DNA of 64,000 nt, taken from positions 12,772,001 to 12,836,000 of the forward strand of contig OZ024744.1 of NCBI GenBank assembly GCA_964016885.1. Reading direction: 5' to 3'. The notes beneath the pieces were generated by a model. It saw only the letters and a program-made list of their open reading frames with translations, did not search any database and was not told the origin of the DNA. Positions 15,001-30,000 of the stretch are shown here, one piece after another. Within the stretch, counting starts at the first letter, position 1, and each line of letters begins with the position of its first letter. The stretch is from Eledone cirrhosa (lineage: Eukaryota). Position numbers and translations under genes: made by a program.

Positions 15001-18000
15001 GTGTCACAACAAAAAGTACCCAGTACACACTGTAAAGTGGTCATGTAGGTGTCACAACAAAAAGTACCCAGTCCACACTGTAACGTGGTTATGTAGGTGT
15101 CACAATAAAAAGAACCCAGTCCACGCTGTAAAGTGGTCATGTAGGTGTCACAACAAAAAGTACACAGTCCACACTGTAACGTGGTCATGTAGGTGTCACA
15201 ACAAAAAGTACCCAGTCCACACTGTAACGTGGTTATGTAGGTGTCACAACTAAAAGTACCCAGACCACACTGTAAAGTTGTCATGTAGGTATCACAACAA
15301 AAAGTACCCAGTCCACACTGTAAAGTGGTTGTGTAGGTATCACAACAAAAGTACCCAGTCCACACTGTAAAGAGGTTGAGTAGGTCTCACAACAAAAAGT
15401 ACCCAATCCACACTGAAACGTGGTTGTGTAGGTATCACAACAAAAAGTACCCAGTCCACACTGTAAAGTAGTCATGTAGGTGTCACAACAAAAAGTACCC
15501 AGTCCACACTGCAAAGTGGTCATGTAGGTATCACAACAAAAAGTACCCAGACACACTGTAAAGTGGTCATGTAGGTGTCACAACAAAAAGTACCCAGTCC
15601 ACACTGTAACGGGGTTGTGTAGGTATCACAACAAAAAGTACCCAGTCCACACTGTAAAGTGGTCATGTAGGTGTCACAACATAAGTACCCAGTCCACACT
15701 GTTACGTGGTTGTGTAGGTGTCACAACAAAAAGTACCCAGTCCACACTGTAACGTGGTTGTGTAGGTATCACAACAGAAAGTACCCAATCCACACTGTAA
15801 CGTGGTTGTGTAGGTATCACAACAGAAAGTACCCAGTCCACACTGTAACGTGGTTGTGTAGGTGTCACAACAAAAAGTACCCAGTCCACACTGTAAAGTG
15901 GTCATGTAGGTGTCACAACAAAAAGTACCCAGTCCACACTGTAAAGTGGTCATGTAGGTGTCACAACAAAAAGTACCCAGTACACACTGTAAAGTGGTCA
16001 TGTAGGTGTCACAACAAAAAGTACCCAGTCCACACTGTAACGTGGTTATGTAGGTGTCACAACTAAAGGTACCCAGTCCACACTGTAAAGTTGTCATGTA
16101 GGTATCACAACAAAAAGTACCCAGTCCACACTGTAACGTGGTCATGTAGGTGCCACAACAAAAAGTACCCAGTACACACTGTAAAGTGGTCATGTAGGTC
16201 TCACAACAGAAAGTACCCAGTCCACACTGTAGCCTGGTCATATAGGTGTCACAACAGAAAGTACCCAGTCCACACTGCAAAGTGGTCATGTAGGTATCAC
16301 AACAAAAAGTACCCAGTCCACACTGTAAAGTGGTCATGTAGGTATCACAACAAAAAGTACCCAGTCCACACTGTAAAGTGGTCATGTAGGTATCACAACA
16401 AAAAGTACCCAGTCGACACTGTAAAGTGGTCATGTAGGTGTCACAACAAAAAGTACCCAGTCCACACTGTAACGTGGTTGTGTAGGTATCACAACAAAAA
16501 GTACCCAGTCCACATTTTAAAGTGGTCATGTAGGTGTCACAACAAAAATTACCCAGTCCACACTGTAACGTGGTTGTGTAGGTATCACAACAAAAAGTAC
16601 CCAGTCCACACTGTAAAGTGGTCATGTAGGTGTCACAACAAAAAGTACCCAGTCCACACTGTAACGTGGTCATGTAGGTGTCACAACATAAGTACCCAGT
16701 CCACACTGTTACGTGGTTGTGTAGGTGTCACAACAAAAAGTACCCAGTCCACACTGTAACGTGGTTGTGTAGGTATCACAACAGAAAGTACCCAATCCAC
16801 ACTGTAACGTGGTTGTGTAGGTATCACAACAGAAAGTACCCAGTCCACACTGTAAAGTGGTCATGTAGGTGTCACAACAAAAAGTACCCAGTCCACACTG
16901 TAAAGTGGTCATGTAGGTGTCACAACAAAAACTACCAAGTCCACACTGTAACGTGGTCATGTAGGTGTCACAACATAAGTACCCAGTCCACACTGTTACG
17001 TGGTTGTGTAGGTGTCACAACAGAAGGTACCCAGAACACACTGTAACATGGTTGTGTAGGTATCACAACAGAAAGTACCCAGTTCACACTGTAAAGAGGT
17101 TGTGTAGGTATCACAACAGAAAGTACCAAGTCCACAATGTAAAGTGGTCATGTAGGTATCACAACAGAAAGTACCCAGTCCACACTGTAAAGTGGTTATG
17201 TAGGTATCACAACAAAAGTACCCAGTCCACACTGTAAAGAGGTTGTGTCGGTATCACAACAAAAAGTACCCAGACACACTGTAAAGTGGTCATGTAGGTG
17301 TCACAACAAAAAGTACCCAGTCCACACTGTAACGTGGTTGTGTAGGTATCACAACAAAAAGTACCCAGTCCACACTGTAAAGTGGTCATGTAGGTGTCAC
17401 AACAAAAAGTACCCAGTCCACACTGTAATGTGGTCATGTAGGTGTCACAACATAAGTACCCAGTCCACACTGTTACGTGGTTGTGTAGGTGTCACAACAA
17501 AAAGTACCCAGTCCACACTGTAACGTGGTTGTGTAGGTATCACAACAGAAAGTACCCAATCCACACTGTAACGTGGTTGTGTAGGTATCACAACAGAAAG
17601 TACCCAGTCCACACTTTAACGTGGTTGTGTAGGTGTCACAACAAAAAGTACCCAGTCCACACTGTAAAGTGGTCATGTAGGTGTCACAACAAAAAGTACC
17701 CAGTCCACACTGTAAAGTGGTCATGTAGGTGTCACAACAAAAAGTACCCAGTACACACTGTAAAGTGGTCATGTAGGTGTCACAACAAAAAGTACCCAGT
17801 CCACACTGTAACGTGGTTATGTAGGTGTCACAACTAAAGGTACCCAGTCCACACTGTAAAGTTGTCATGTAGGTATCACAACAAAAAGTACCCAGTCCAC
17901 ACTGTAACGTGGTCATGTAGGTGCCACAACAAAAAGTACCCAGTACACACTGTAAAGTGGTCATGTAGGTCTCACAACAGAAAGTACCCAGTCCACACTG

Positions 18001-21000
18001 TAGCCTGGTCATATAGGTGTCACAACAGAAAGTACCCAGTCCACACTGCAAAGTGGTCATGTAGGTATCACAACAAAAAGTACCCAGTCCACACTGTAAA
18101 GTGGTCATGTAGGTATCACAACAAAAAGTACCCAGTCCACACTGTAAAGTGGTCATGTAGGTATCACAACAAAAAGTACCCAGTCGACACTGTAAAGTGG
18201 TCATGTAGGTGTCACAACAAAAAGTACCCAGTCCACACTGTAACGTGGTTGTGTAGGTATCACAACAAAAAGTACCCAGTCCACATTTTAAAGTGGTCAT
18301 GTAGGTGTCACAACAAAAATTACCCAGTCCACACTGTAACGTGGTTGTGTAGGTATCACAACAAAAAGTACCCAGTCCACACTGTAAAGTGGTCATGTAG
18401 GTGTCACAACAAAAAGTACCCAGTCCACACTGTAACGTGGTCATGTAGATGTCACAACATAAGTACCCAGTCCACACTGTTACGTGGTTGTGTAGGTGTC
18501 ACAACAAAAAGTACCCAGTCCACACTGTAACGTGGTTGTGTAGGTATCACAACAGAAAGTACCCAATCCACACTGTAACGTGGTTGTGTAGGTATCACAA
18601 CAGAAAGTACCCAGTCCACACTGTAAAGTGGTCATGTAGGTGTCACAACAAAAAGTACCCAGTCCACACTGTAAAGTGGTCATGTAGGTGTCACAACAAA
18701 AACTACCAAGTCCACACTGTAACGTGGTCATGTAGGTGTCACAACATAAGTACCCAGTCCACACTGTTACGTGGTTGTGTAGGTGTCACAACAGAAGGTA
18801 CCCAGAACACACTGTAACATGGTTGTGTAGGTATCACAACAGAAAGTACCCAGTTCACACTGTAAAGAGGTTGTGTAGGTATCACAACAGAAAGTACCAA
18901 GTCCACAATGTAAAGTGGTCATGTAGGTATCACAACAGAAAGTACCCAGTCCACACTGTAAAGTGGTTATGTAGGTATCACAACAAAAGTACCCAGTCCA
19001 CACTGTAAAGAGGTTGTGTCGGTGTCACAATAAAAAGTACCCAGTCCACACTGTAAAGTGGTCATGTAGGTATCACAACAGAAAGTACCAACCACACTGT
19101 AAAGTGGTTATGTAGGTGTCACAACAAAAAGTACCCAGTCCACACTGTAAAGTGGTCATGTAGGTGTCAAAACAAAAAGTACCCAGTCCACACTATAAAG
19201 TGGTCATCTAGGTGTCACAACAAAAAGTACCCAGCCCACACTGTAAAGTGGTCATGTAGGTATCAGAACAAAACCACCCAGTCCACACTGTAAAGTGGTC
19301 ATGTAGCTGTCACAACAAAAAGTACCCAGCCCACACTGTAAAGTTGTCATGTAGGTGTCACAACAAAAAGGACCCAGTCCACACTGTAAAGTGGTCATGT
19401 AGGTGTCACAACAGAAAGTACCCAGTCCACACCGTAAAGTGGTCATGTAGGTGTCACAACAAAAAGTAGCCAGTACACACTGTATAGTGGTCATGTAGGT
19501 GTCACAACAAAATGTACCCAGTCAACACTGTAAAGTGTCATGTAGGTGTCACAACAGAAAGTACCCAGTCCACACTGTAATGTGGTTATGTAGGTGTCAC
19601 AACAAAAAGTACCCAGTCCACACTGTAACGTGGTTGTGTAGGTGTCACAACAAAAAGTACCCAGTACACACTGTAAAGTGGTCATGTAGGTGTCACAACA
19701 AAAAGTACCCAGTCCACACTGTAACGTGGTTATGTAGGTGTCACAATAAAAAGAACCCAGTCCACGCTGTAAAGTGGTCATGTAGGTGTCACAACAAAAA
19801 GTACACAGTCCACACTGTAACGTGGTCATGTAGGTGTCACAACAAAAAGTACCCAGTCCACACTGTAACGTGGTTATGTAGGTGTCACAACTAAAAGTAC
19901 CCAGACCACACTGTAAAGTTGTCATGTAGGTATCACAACAAAAAGTACCCAGTCCACACTGTAAAGTGGTTGTGTAGGTATCACAACAAAAGTACCCAGT
20001 CCACACTGTAAAGAGGTTGAGTAGGTCTCACAACAAAAAGTACCCAATCCACACTGAAACGTGGTTGTGTAGGTATCACAACAAAAAGTACCCAGTCCAC
20101 ACTGTAAAGTGGTCATGTAGGTGTCACAACAAAAAGTACCCAGTCCACACTGCAAAGTGGTCATGTAGGTATCACAACAAAAAGTACCCAGACACACTGT
20201 AAAGTGGTCATGTAGGTGTCACAACAAAAAGTACCCAGTCCACACTGTAACGGGGTTGTGTAGGTATCACAACAAAAAGTACCCAGTCCACACTGTAAAG
20301 TGGTCATGTAGGTGTCACAACATAAGTACCCAGTCCACACTGTTACGTGGTTGTGTAGGTGTCACAACAAAAAGTACCCAGTCCACACTGTAACGTGGTT
20401 GTGTAGGTATCACAACAGAAAGTACCCAATCCACACTGTAACGTGGTTGTGTAGGTATCACAACAGAAAGTACCCAGTCCACACTGTAACGTGGTTGTGT
20501 AGGTGTCACAACAAAAAGTACCCAGTCCACACTGTAAAGTGGTCATGTAGGTGTCACAACAAAAAGTACCCAGTCCACACTGTAAAGTGGTCATGTAGGT
20601 GTCACAACAAAAAGTACCCAGTACACACTGTAAAGTGGTCATGTAGGTGTCACAACAAAAAGTACCCAGTCCACACTGTAACGTGGTTATGTAGGTGTCA
20701 CAACTAAAGGTACCCAGTCCACACTGTAAAGTTGTCATGTAGGTATCACAACAAAAAGTACCCAGTCCACACTGTAACGTGGTCATGTAGGTGCCACAAC
20801 AAAAAGTACCCAGTACACACTGTAAAGTGGTCATGTAGGTCTCACAACAGAAAGTACTCAGTCCACACTGTAGCCTGGTCATATAGGTGTCACAACAGAA
20901 AGTACCCAGTCCACACTGCAAAGTGGTCATGTAGGTATCACAACAAAAAGTACCCAGTCCACACTGTAAAGTGGTCATGTAGGTATCACAACAAAAAGTA

Positions 21001-24000
21001 CCCAGTCCACACTGTAAAGTGGTCATGTAGGTATCACAACAAAAAGTACCCAGTCGACACTGTAAAGTGGTCATGTAGGTGTCACAACAAAAAGTACCCA
21101 GTCCACACTGTAACGTGGTTGTGTAGGTATCACAACAAAAAGTACCCAGTCCACATTTTAAAGTGGTCATGTAGGTGTCACAACAAAAATTACCCAGTCC
21201 ACACTGTAACGTGGTTGTGTAGGTATCACAACAAAAAGTACCCAGTCCACACTGTAAAGTGGTCATGTAGGTGTCACAACAAAAAGTACCCAGTCCACAC
21301 TGTAACGTGGTCATGTAGGCGTCACAACATAAGTACCCAGTCCACACTGTTACGTGGTTGTGTAGGTGTCACAACAAAAAGTACCCAGTCCACACTGTAA
21401 CGGGGTTGTGTAGGTATCACAACAGAAAGTACCCAATCCACACTGTAACGTGGTTGTGTAGGTATCACAACAGAAAGTACCCAGTCCACACTGTAAAGTG
21501 GTCATGTAGGTGTCACAACAAAAAGTACCCAGTCCACACTGTAAAGTGGTCATGTAGGTGTCACAACAAAAACTACCAAGTCCACACTGTAACGTGGTCA
21601 TGTAGGTGTCACAACATAAGTACCCAGTCCACACTGTTACGTGGTTGTGTAGGTGTCACAACAGAAGGTACCCAGAACACTGTAACATGGTTGTGTAGGT
21701 ATCACAACAGAAAGTACCCAGTTCACACTGTAAAGAGGTTGTGTAGGTATCACAACAGAAAGTACCAAGTCCACAATGTAAAGTGGTCATGTAGGTATCA
21801 CAACAGAAAGTACCCAGTCCACACTGTAAAGTGGTTATGTAGGTATCACAACAAAAGTACCCAGTCCACACTGTAAAGAGGTTGTGTCGGTGTCACAATA
21901 AAAAGTACCCAGTCCACACTGTAAAGTGGTCATGTAGGTATCACAACAGAAAGTACCAACCACACTGTAAAGTGGTTATGTAGGTGTCACAACAAAAAGT
22001 ACCCAGTCCACACTGTAAAGTGGTCATGTAGGTGTCAAAACAAAAAGTACCCAGTCCACACTATAAAGTGGTCATCTAGGTGTCACAACAAAAAGTACCC
22101 AGCCCACACTGTAAAGTGGTCATGTAGGTATCACAACAAAACCACCCAGTCCACACTGTAAAGTGGTCATGTAGCTGTCACAACAAAAAGTACCCAGCCC
22201 ACACTGTAAAGTTGTCATGTAGGTGTCACAACAAAAAGGACCCAGTCCACACTGTAAAGTGGTCATGTAGGTGTCACAACAGAAAGTACCCAGTCCACAC
22301 CGTAAAGTGGTCATGTAGGTGTCACAACAAAAAGTAGCCAGTACACACTGTATAGTGGTCATGTAGGTGTCACAACAAAATGTACCCAGTCAACACTGTA
22401 AAGTGTCATGTAGGTGTCACAACAGAAAGTACCCAGTCCACACTGTAATGTGGTTATGTAGGTGTCACAACAAAAAGTACCCAGTCCACACTGTAACGTG
22501 GTTGTGTAGGTGTCACAACAAAAAGTACCCAGTACACACTGTAAAGTGGTCATGTAGGTGTCACAACAAAAAGTACCCAGTCCACACTGTAACGTGGTTA
22601 TGTAGGTGTCACAATAAAAAGAACCCAGTCCACGCTGTAAAGTGGTCATGTAGGTGTCACAACAAAAAGTACACAGTCCACACTGTAAAGTGGTCATGTA
22701 GGTGTCACAACAAAAAGTACCCAGTCCACACTGTAACGTGGTTATGTAGGTGTCACAACTAAAAGTACCCAGACCACACTGTAAAGTTGTCATGTAGGTA
22801 TCACAACAAAAAGTACCCAGTCCACACTGTAAAGTGGTTGTGTAGGTATCACAACAAAAGTACCCAGTCCACACTGTAAAGAGGTTGAGTAGGTCTCACA
22901 ACAAAAAGTACCCAATCCACACTGAAACGTGGTTGTGTAGGTATCACAACAAAAAGTACCCAGTCCACACTGTAAAGTGGTCATGTAGGTGTCACAACAA
23001 AAAGTACCCAGTCCACACTGCAAAGTGGTCATGTAGGTATCACAACAAAAAGTACCCAGACACACTGTAAAGTGGTCATGTAGGTGTCACAACAAAAAGT
23101 ACCCAGTCCACACTGTAACGGGGTTGTGTAGGTATCACAACAAAAAGTACCCAGTCCACACTGTAAAGTGGTCATGTAGGTGTCACAACATAAGTACCTA
23201 GTCCACACTGTTACGTGGTTGTGTAGGTGTCACAACAAAAAGTACCCAGTCCACACTGTAACGTGGTTGTGTAGGTATCACAACAGAAAGTACCCAATCC
23301 ACACTGTAACGTGGTTGTGTAGGTATCACAACAGAAAGTACCCAGTCCACACTGTAACGTGGTTGTGTAGGTGTCACAACAAAAAGTACCCAGTCCACAC
23401 TGTAAAGTGGTCATGTAGGTGTCACAACAAAAAGTACCCAGTACACACTGTAAAGTGGTCATGTAGGTGTCACAACAAAAAGTACCCAGTCCACACTGTA
23501 ACGTGGTTATGTAGGTGTCACAACTAAAGGTACCCAGTCCACACTGTAAAGTTGTCATGTAGGTATCACAACAAAAAGTACCCAGTCCACACTGTAACGT
23601 GGTCATGTAGGTGCCACAACAAAAAGTACCCAGTACACACTGTAAAGTGGTCATGTAGGTCTCACAACAGAAAGTACCCAGTCCACACTGTAGCCTGGTC
23701 ATATAGGTGTCACAACAGAAAGTACCCAGTCCACACTGCAAAGTGGTCATGTAGGTATCACAACAAAAAGTACCCAGTCCACACTGTAAAGTGGTCATGT
23801 AGGTATCACAACAAAAAGTACCCAGTCCACACTGTAAAGTGGTCATGTAGGTATCACAACAAAAAGTACCCAGTCGACACTGTAAAGTGGTCATGTAGGT
23901 GTCACAACAAAAAGTACCCAGTCCACACTGTAACGTGGTTGTGTAGGTATCACAACAAAAAGTACCCAGTCCACATTTTAAAGTGGTCATGTAGGTGTCA

Positions 24001-27000
24001 CAACAAAAATTACCCAGTCCACACTGTAACGTGGTTGTGTAGGTATCACAACAAAAAGTACCCAGTCCACACTGTAAAGTGGTCATGTAGGTGTCACAAC
24101 AAAAAGTACCCAGTCCACACTGTAACGTGGTCATGTAGGTGTCACAACATAAGTACCCAGTCCACACTGTTACGTGGTTGTGTAGGTGTCACAACAAAAA
24201 GTACCCAGTCCACACTGTAACGTGGTTGTGTAGGTATCACAACAGAAAGTACCCAATCCACACTGTAACGTGGTTGTGTAGGTATCACAACAGAAAGTAC
24301 CCAGTCCACACTGTAAAGTGGTCATGTAGGTGTCACAACAAAAAGTACCCAGTCCACACTGTAAAGTGGTCATGTAGGTGTCACAACAAAAAGTACCCAG
24401 TCCACACTGTAACGTGGTCATGTAGGTGTCACAACATAAGTACCCAGTCCACACTGTTACGTGGTTGTGTAGGTGTCACAACAGAAGGTACCCAGAACAC
24501 ACTGTAACATGGTTGTGTAGGTATCACAACAGAAAGTACCCAGTTCACACTGTAAAGAGGTTGTGTAGGTATCACAACAGAAAGTACCAAGTCCACAATG
24601 TAAAGTGGTCATGTAGGTATCACAACAGAAAGTACCCAGTCCACACTGTAAAGTGGTTATGTAGGTATCACAACAAAAGTACCCAGTCCACACTGTAAAG
24701 AGGTTGTGTCGGTGTCACAATAAAAAGTACCCAGTCCACACTGTAAAGTGGTCATGTAGGTATCACAACAGAAAGTACCAACCACACTGTAAAGTGGTTA
24801 TGTAGGTGTCACAACAAAAAGTACCCAGTCCACACTGTAAAGTGGTCATGTAGGTGTCAAAATAAAAAGTACCCAGTCCACACTATAAAGTGGTCATCTA
24901 GGTGTCACAACAAAAAGTACCCAGCCCACACTGTAAAGTGGTCATGTAGGTATCACAACAAAACCACCCAGTCCACACTGTAAAGTGGTCATGTAGCTAT
25001 CACAACAAAAAGTACCCAGCCCACACTGTAAAGTTGTCATGTAGGTGTCACAACAAAAAGGACCCAGTCCACACTGTAAAGTGGTCATGTAGGTGTCACA
25101 ACAGAGAGTACCCAGTCCACACCGTAAAGTGGTCATGTAGGTGTCACAACAAAAAGTAGCCAGTACACACTGTATAGTGGTCATGTAGGTGTCACAACAA
25201 AATGTACCCAGTCAACACTGTAAAGTGTCATGTAGGTGTCACAACAGAAAGTACCCAGTCCACACTGTAATGTGGTTATGTAGGTGTCACAACAAAAAGT
25301 ACCCAGTCCACACTGTAACGTGGTTGTGTAGGTGTCACAACAAAAAGTACCCAGTACACACTGTAAAGTGGTCATGTAGGTGTCACAACAAAAAGTACCC
25401 AGTCCACACTGTAACGTGGTTATGTAGGTGTCACAATAAAAAGAACCCAGTCCACGCTGTAAAGTGGTCATGTAGGTGTCACAACAAAAAGTACACAGTC
25501 CACACTGTAAAGTGGTCATGTAGGTGTCACAACAAAAAGTACCCAGTCCACACTGTAACGTGGTTATGTAGGTGACACAACTAAAAGTACCCAGACCACA
25601 CTGTAAAGTTGTCATGTAGGTATCACAACAAAAAGTACCCAGTCCACACTGTAAAGTGGTTGTGTAGGTATCACAACAAAAGTACCCAGTCCACACTGTA
25701 AAGAGGTTGAGTAGGTCTCACAACAAAAAGTACCCAATCCACACTGAAACGTGGTTGTGTAGGTATCACAACAAAAAGTACCCAGTCCACACTGTAAAGT
25801 GGTCATGTAGGTGTCACAACAAAAAGTACCCAGTCCACACTGCAAAGTGGTCATGTAGGTATCACAACAAAAAGTACCCAGACACACTGTAAAGTGGTCA
25901 TGTAGGTGTCACAACAACAAGTACCCAGTCCACACTGTAACGGGGTTGTGTAGGTATCACAACAAAAAGTACCCAGTCCACACTGTAAAGTGGTCATGTA
26001 GGTGTCACAACATAAGTACCCAGTCCACACTGTTACGTGGTTGTGTAGGTGTCACAACAAAAAGTACCCAGTCCACACTGTAACGTGGTTGTGTAGGTAT
26101 CACAACAGAAAGTACCCAATCCACACTGTAACGTGGTTGTGTAGGTATCACAACAGAAAGTACCCAGTCCACACTGTAACGTGGTTGTGTAGGTGTCACA
26201 ACAAAAAGTACCCAGTCCACACTGTAAAGTGGTCATGTAGGTGTCACAACAAAAAGTACCCAGTACACACTGTAAAGTGGTCATGTAGGTGTCACAACAA
26301 AAAGTACCCAGTCCACACTGTAACGTGGTTATGTAGGTGTCACAACAAAAAGAACCCAGTCCACACTGTAAAGTGGTTATGTAGGTGTCACAACAAAAAG
26401 TCCACAGTCCACACTGTAAAGTGGTCATGTAGGTGTCACAACAAAAAGTACCCGGTCCACACTGTAACGTGGTTATGTAGGTGTCACAACTAAAGGTACC
26501 CAGTCCACACTGTAAAGTTGTCATGTAGGTATCACAACAAAAAGTACCCAGTCCACACTGTAACGTGGTCATGTAGGTGCCACAACAAAAAGTACCCAGT
26601 CCACACTGTAAAGTAGTCATGTAGGTGTTACAACAAAAAGTACCCAGTACACACTGTGATGTGGTCATGTAGGTCTCACAACAGAAAGTACCCAGTCCAC
26701 ACTGTAGCCTGGTCATATAGGTGTCACAACAGAAAGTACCCAGTCCACACTGCAAAGTGGTCATGTAGGTATCACAACAAAAAGTACCCAGTCCACACTG
26801 TAAAGTGGTCATGTAGGTATCACAACAAAAAGTACCCAGTCCACACTGTAAAGTGGTCATGTAGGTATCACAACAAAAAGTACCCAGTCCACACTGTAAA
26901 GTGGTCATGTAGGTGTCACAACAAAAAGTACCCAGTCCACACTGTAACGTGGTTGTGTAGGTATCACAACAAAAAGTACCCAGTCCACACTTTAAAGTGG

Positions 27001-30000
27001 TCATGTAGGTGTCACAACAAAAATTACCCAGTCCACACTGTAACGTGGTTGTGTAGGTATCACAACAAAAAGTACCCAGTCCACACTGTAAAGTGGTCAT
27101 GTAGGTGTCACAACAAAAAGTACCCAGTCCACACTGTAACGTGGTCATGTAGGTGTCACAACATAAGTACCCAGTCCACACTTACGTGGTTGTGTAGGTG
27201 TCACAACAAAAAGTACCCAGTCCACACTGTAACGTGGTTATGTAGGTATCACAACAGAAAGTACCCAATCCACACTGTAACGTGGTTGTGTAGGTATCAC
27301 AACAGAAAGTACCCAGTCCACACTGTAAAGTGGTCATGTAGGTATCACAACAGAAAGTACCAATCCACACTGTAACGTGGTTGTGTAGGTATCACAACAA
27401 AGAGTACCCAGTCCACTTTGTAAAGTGGTCATGTAGGTGCCACAACAAAAAGTACCCAGTACACACTGTAAAGTGGTCATGTAGGTTTCACAACAAAAAG
27501 CACCCAGTCCACACTGTAAAGTGGTCATGTAGATGTTACAACAGAAAGTACCCAGAACACACTGTAAAGTGGTTGTGTAGGTATCACAACAGAAAGTACC
27601 CAGTCCACACTGTAAAGTGGTCATGTAGGTGTCACAACAAAAAGTACCCAGTCCACACTGTAACGTGGTTGTGTAGGTAACACAACAAAAAGTACCCAGT
27701 CCACACTTTAAAGTGGTCATGTAGGTGTAACAACAAAAAGTACCCAGTCCACACTGTAAAGTGGTCATGTAGGTGTCACAACAAAAAGTACCCAGTCCAC
27801 ACTGTAACGTGGTTGTGTAGGTATCACAACAAAAAGTACCCAGTCCACACTGTAATGTGGTCATGTTGGTGTCAAAACATAAGTACCCAGTCCACACTGT
27901 AACGTGGTTGTGTAGGTGTCACAAGAAAAAGTACCCAGTCCACACTGTAAAGTGGTCATGTAGGTATCACAACAAGAAGTACCCAGTCCACACTGTAACG
28001 TGGTTGTGTAGGTATCACAACAGAAAGTACCCAATCCACACTGTAACGTGGTTGTGTAGGTATCACAACAGAAAGTACCCAGTCCACACTGTAACGTGGT
28101 TGTGTAGGTGTCACAACAAAAAGTACCCAGTCCACACTGTAAAGTGGTTATGTAGGTGTCACAACAAAAAGTACCCAGTCCACACTGTAACGTGGTTGTG
28201 TAGGTGTCACAACAAAAAGTACCCAGTACACACTGTAAAGTGGTCATGTAGGTGTCACAACAAAAAGTACCCAGTCGACACTGTAACGTGGTTATGTAGG
28301 TGTCACAATAAAAAGAACCCAGTCCACACTGTAAAGTGGTCATGTAGGTGTCACAACAAAAATACACAGTCCACACTGTAAAGTGGTCATGTAGGTGTCA
28401 CAACAAAAAGTACCCAGTCCACACTGTAACATGGTTATGTAGGTGTCACAACTAAAAGTACCCAGTCCACACTGTAAAGTTGTCATGTAGGTATCACAAC
28501 AAAAAGTACCCAGTCCACACTGTAAAGTGGTTGTGTAGGTATCACAACAAAAGTACCCAGTCCACACTGTAAAGAGGTTGAGTAGGTCTCACAACAAAAA
28601 GTACCCAATCCACACTGAAACGTGGTTGTGTAGGTATCACAACAAAAAGTACCCAGTCCACACTGCAAAGTGGTCATGTAGGTATCACAACAAAAAGTAC
28701 CCAGTCCACACTGTAAAGTGGTCATGTAGGTGTCACAACAAAAAGTACCCAGTCCACACTGCAAAGTGGTCATGTAGGTATCACAACAAAAAGTACCCAG
28801 ACACACTGTAAAGTGGTCATGTAGGTGTCACAACAAAAAGTACCCAGTCCACACTGTAACGTGGTTGTGTAGGTATCACAACAAAAAGTACCCAGTCCAC
28901 ACTGTAAAGTGGTCATGTAGGTGTCACAACAAAAAGTACCCAGTCCACACTGTAATGTGGTCATGTAGGTGTCACAACATAAGTACCCAGTCCACACTGT
29001 TACGTGGTTGTGTAGGTGTCACAACGAAAAGTACCCAGTCCACACTGTAACGTGGTTGTGTAGGTATCACAACAGAAAGTACCCAATCCACACTGTAACG
29101 TGGTTGTGTAGGTATCACAACAGAAAGTACCCAGTCCACACTGTAAAGTGGTCATGTAGGTATCACAACAAAAAGTACCCAGTCCACACTGTAAAGTGGT
29201 CATGTAGGTATCACAACAAAAAGTACCCAGTCCACACTGTAAAGTGGTCATGTAGGTGTCACAACAAAAAGTACCCAGTCCACACTGTAACGTGGTTGTG
29301 TAGGTATCACAACAAAAAGTACCCAGTCCACACTTTAAAGTGGTCATGTAGGTGTCACAACAAAAATTACCCAGTCCACACTGTAACGTGGTTGTGTAGG
29401 TATCACAAGAAAAAGTACCCAGTCCACACTGTAAAGTGGTCATGTAGGTGTCACAATAAAAAGTACCCAGTCCACACTGTAACGTGGTCATGTAGATGTC
29501 ACAACATAAGTACCCAGTCCACACTGTTACGTGGTTGTGTAGGTGTCAAAACAAAAAGTACCCAGTCCACACTGTAACGTGGTTGTGTAGGTATCACAAC
29601 AGAAAGTACCCAATCCACATTGTAACGTGGTTGTGCAGGTATCACAACAGAAAGTACCCAGTCCACACTGTAAAGTGGTCATGTAGGTATCACAACAGAA
29701 AGTACCAATCCACACTGTAACGTGGTTGTGTAGGTATCACAACAAAGAGTACCCAGTCCACTTTGTAAAGTGGTCATGTAGGTGTCACAACAAAAAGTAC
29801 CCAGTACACACTGTAAAGCGGTCATGTAGGTTTCACAACAAAAAGCACCCAGTCCACACTGTAAAGTGGTCATGTAGGTGTTACAACAGAAAGTACCCAG
29901 AACACACTGTAAAGTGGTTGTGTAGGTATCACAACAGAAAGTACCCAGTCCACACTGTAAAGTGGTCATGTAGGTGTCACAACAAAAAGTACCCAGTCCA

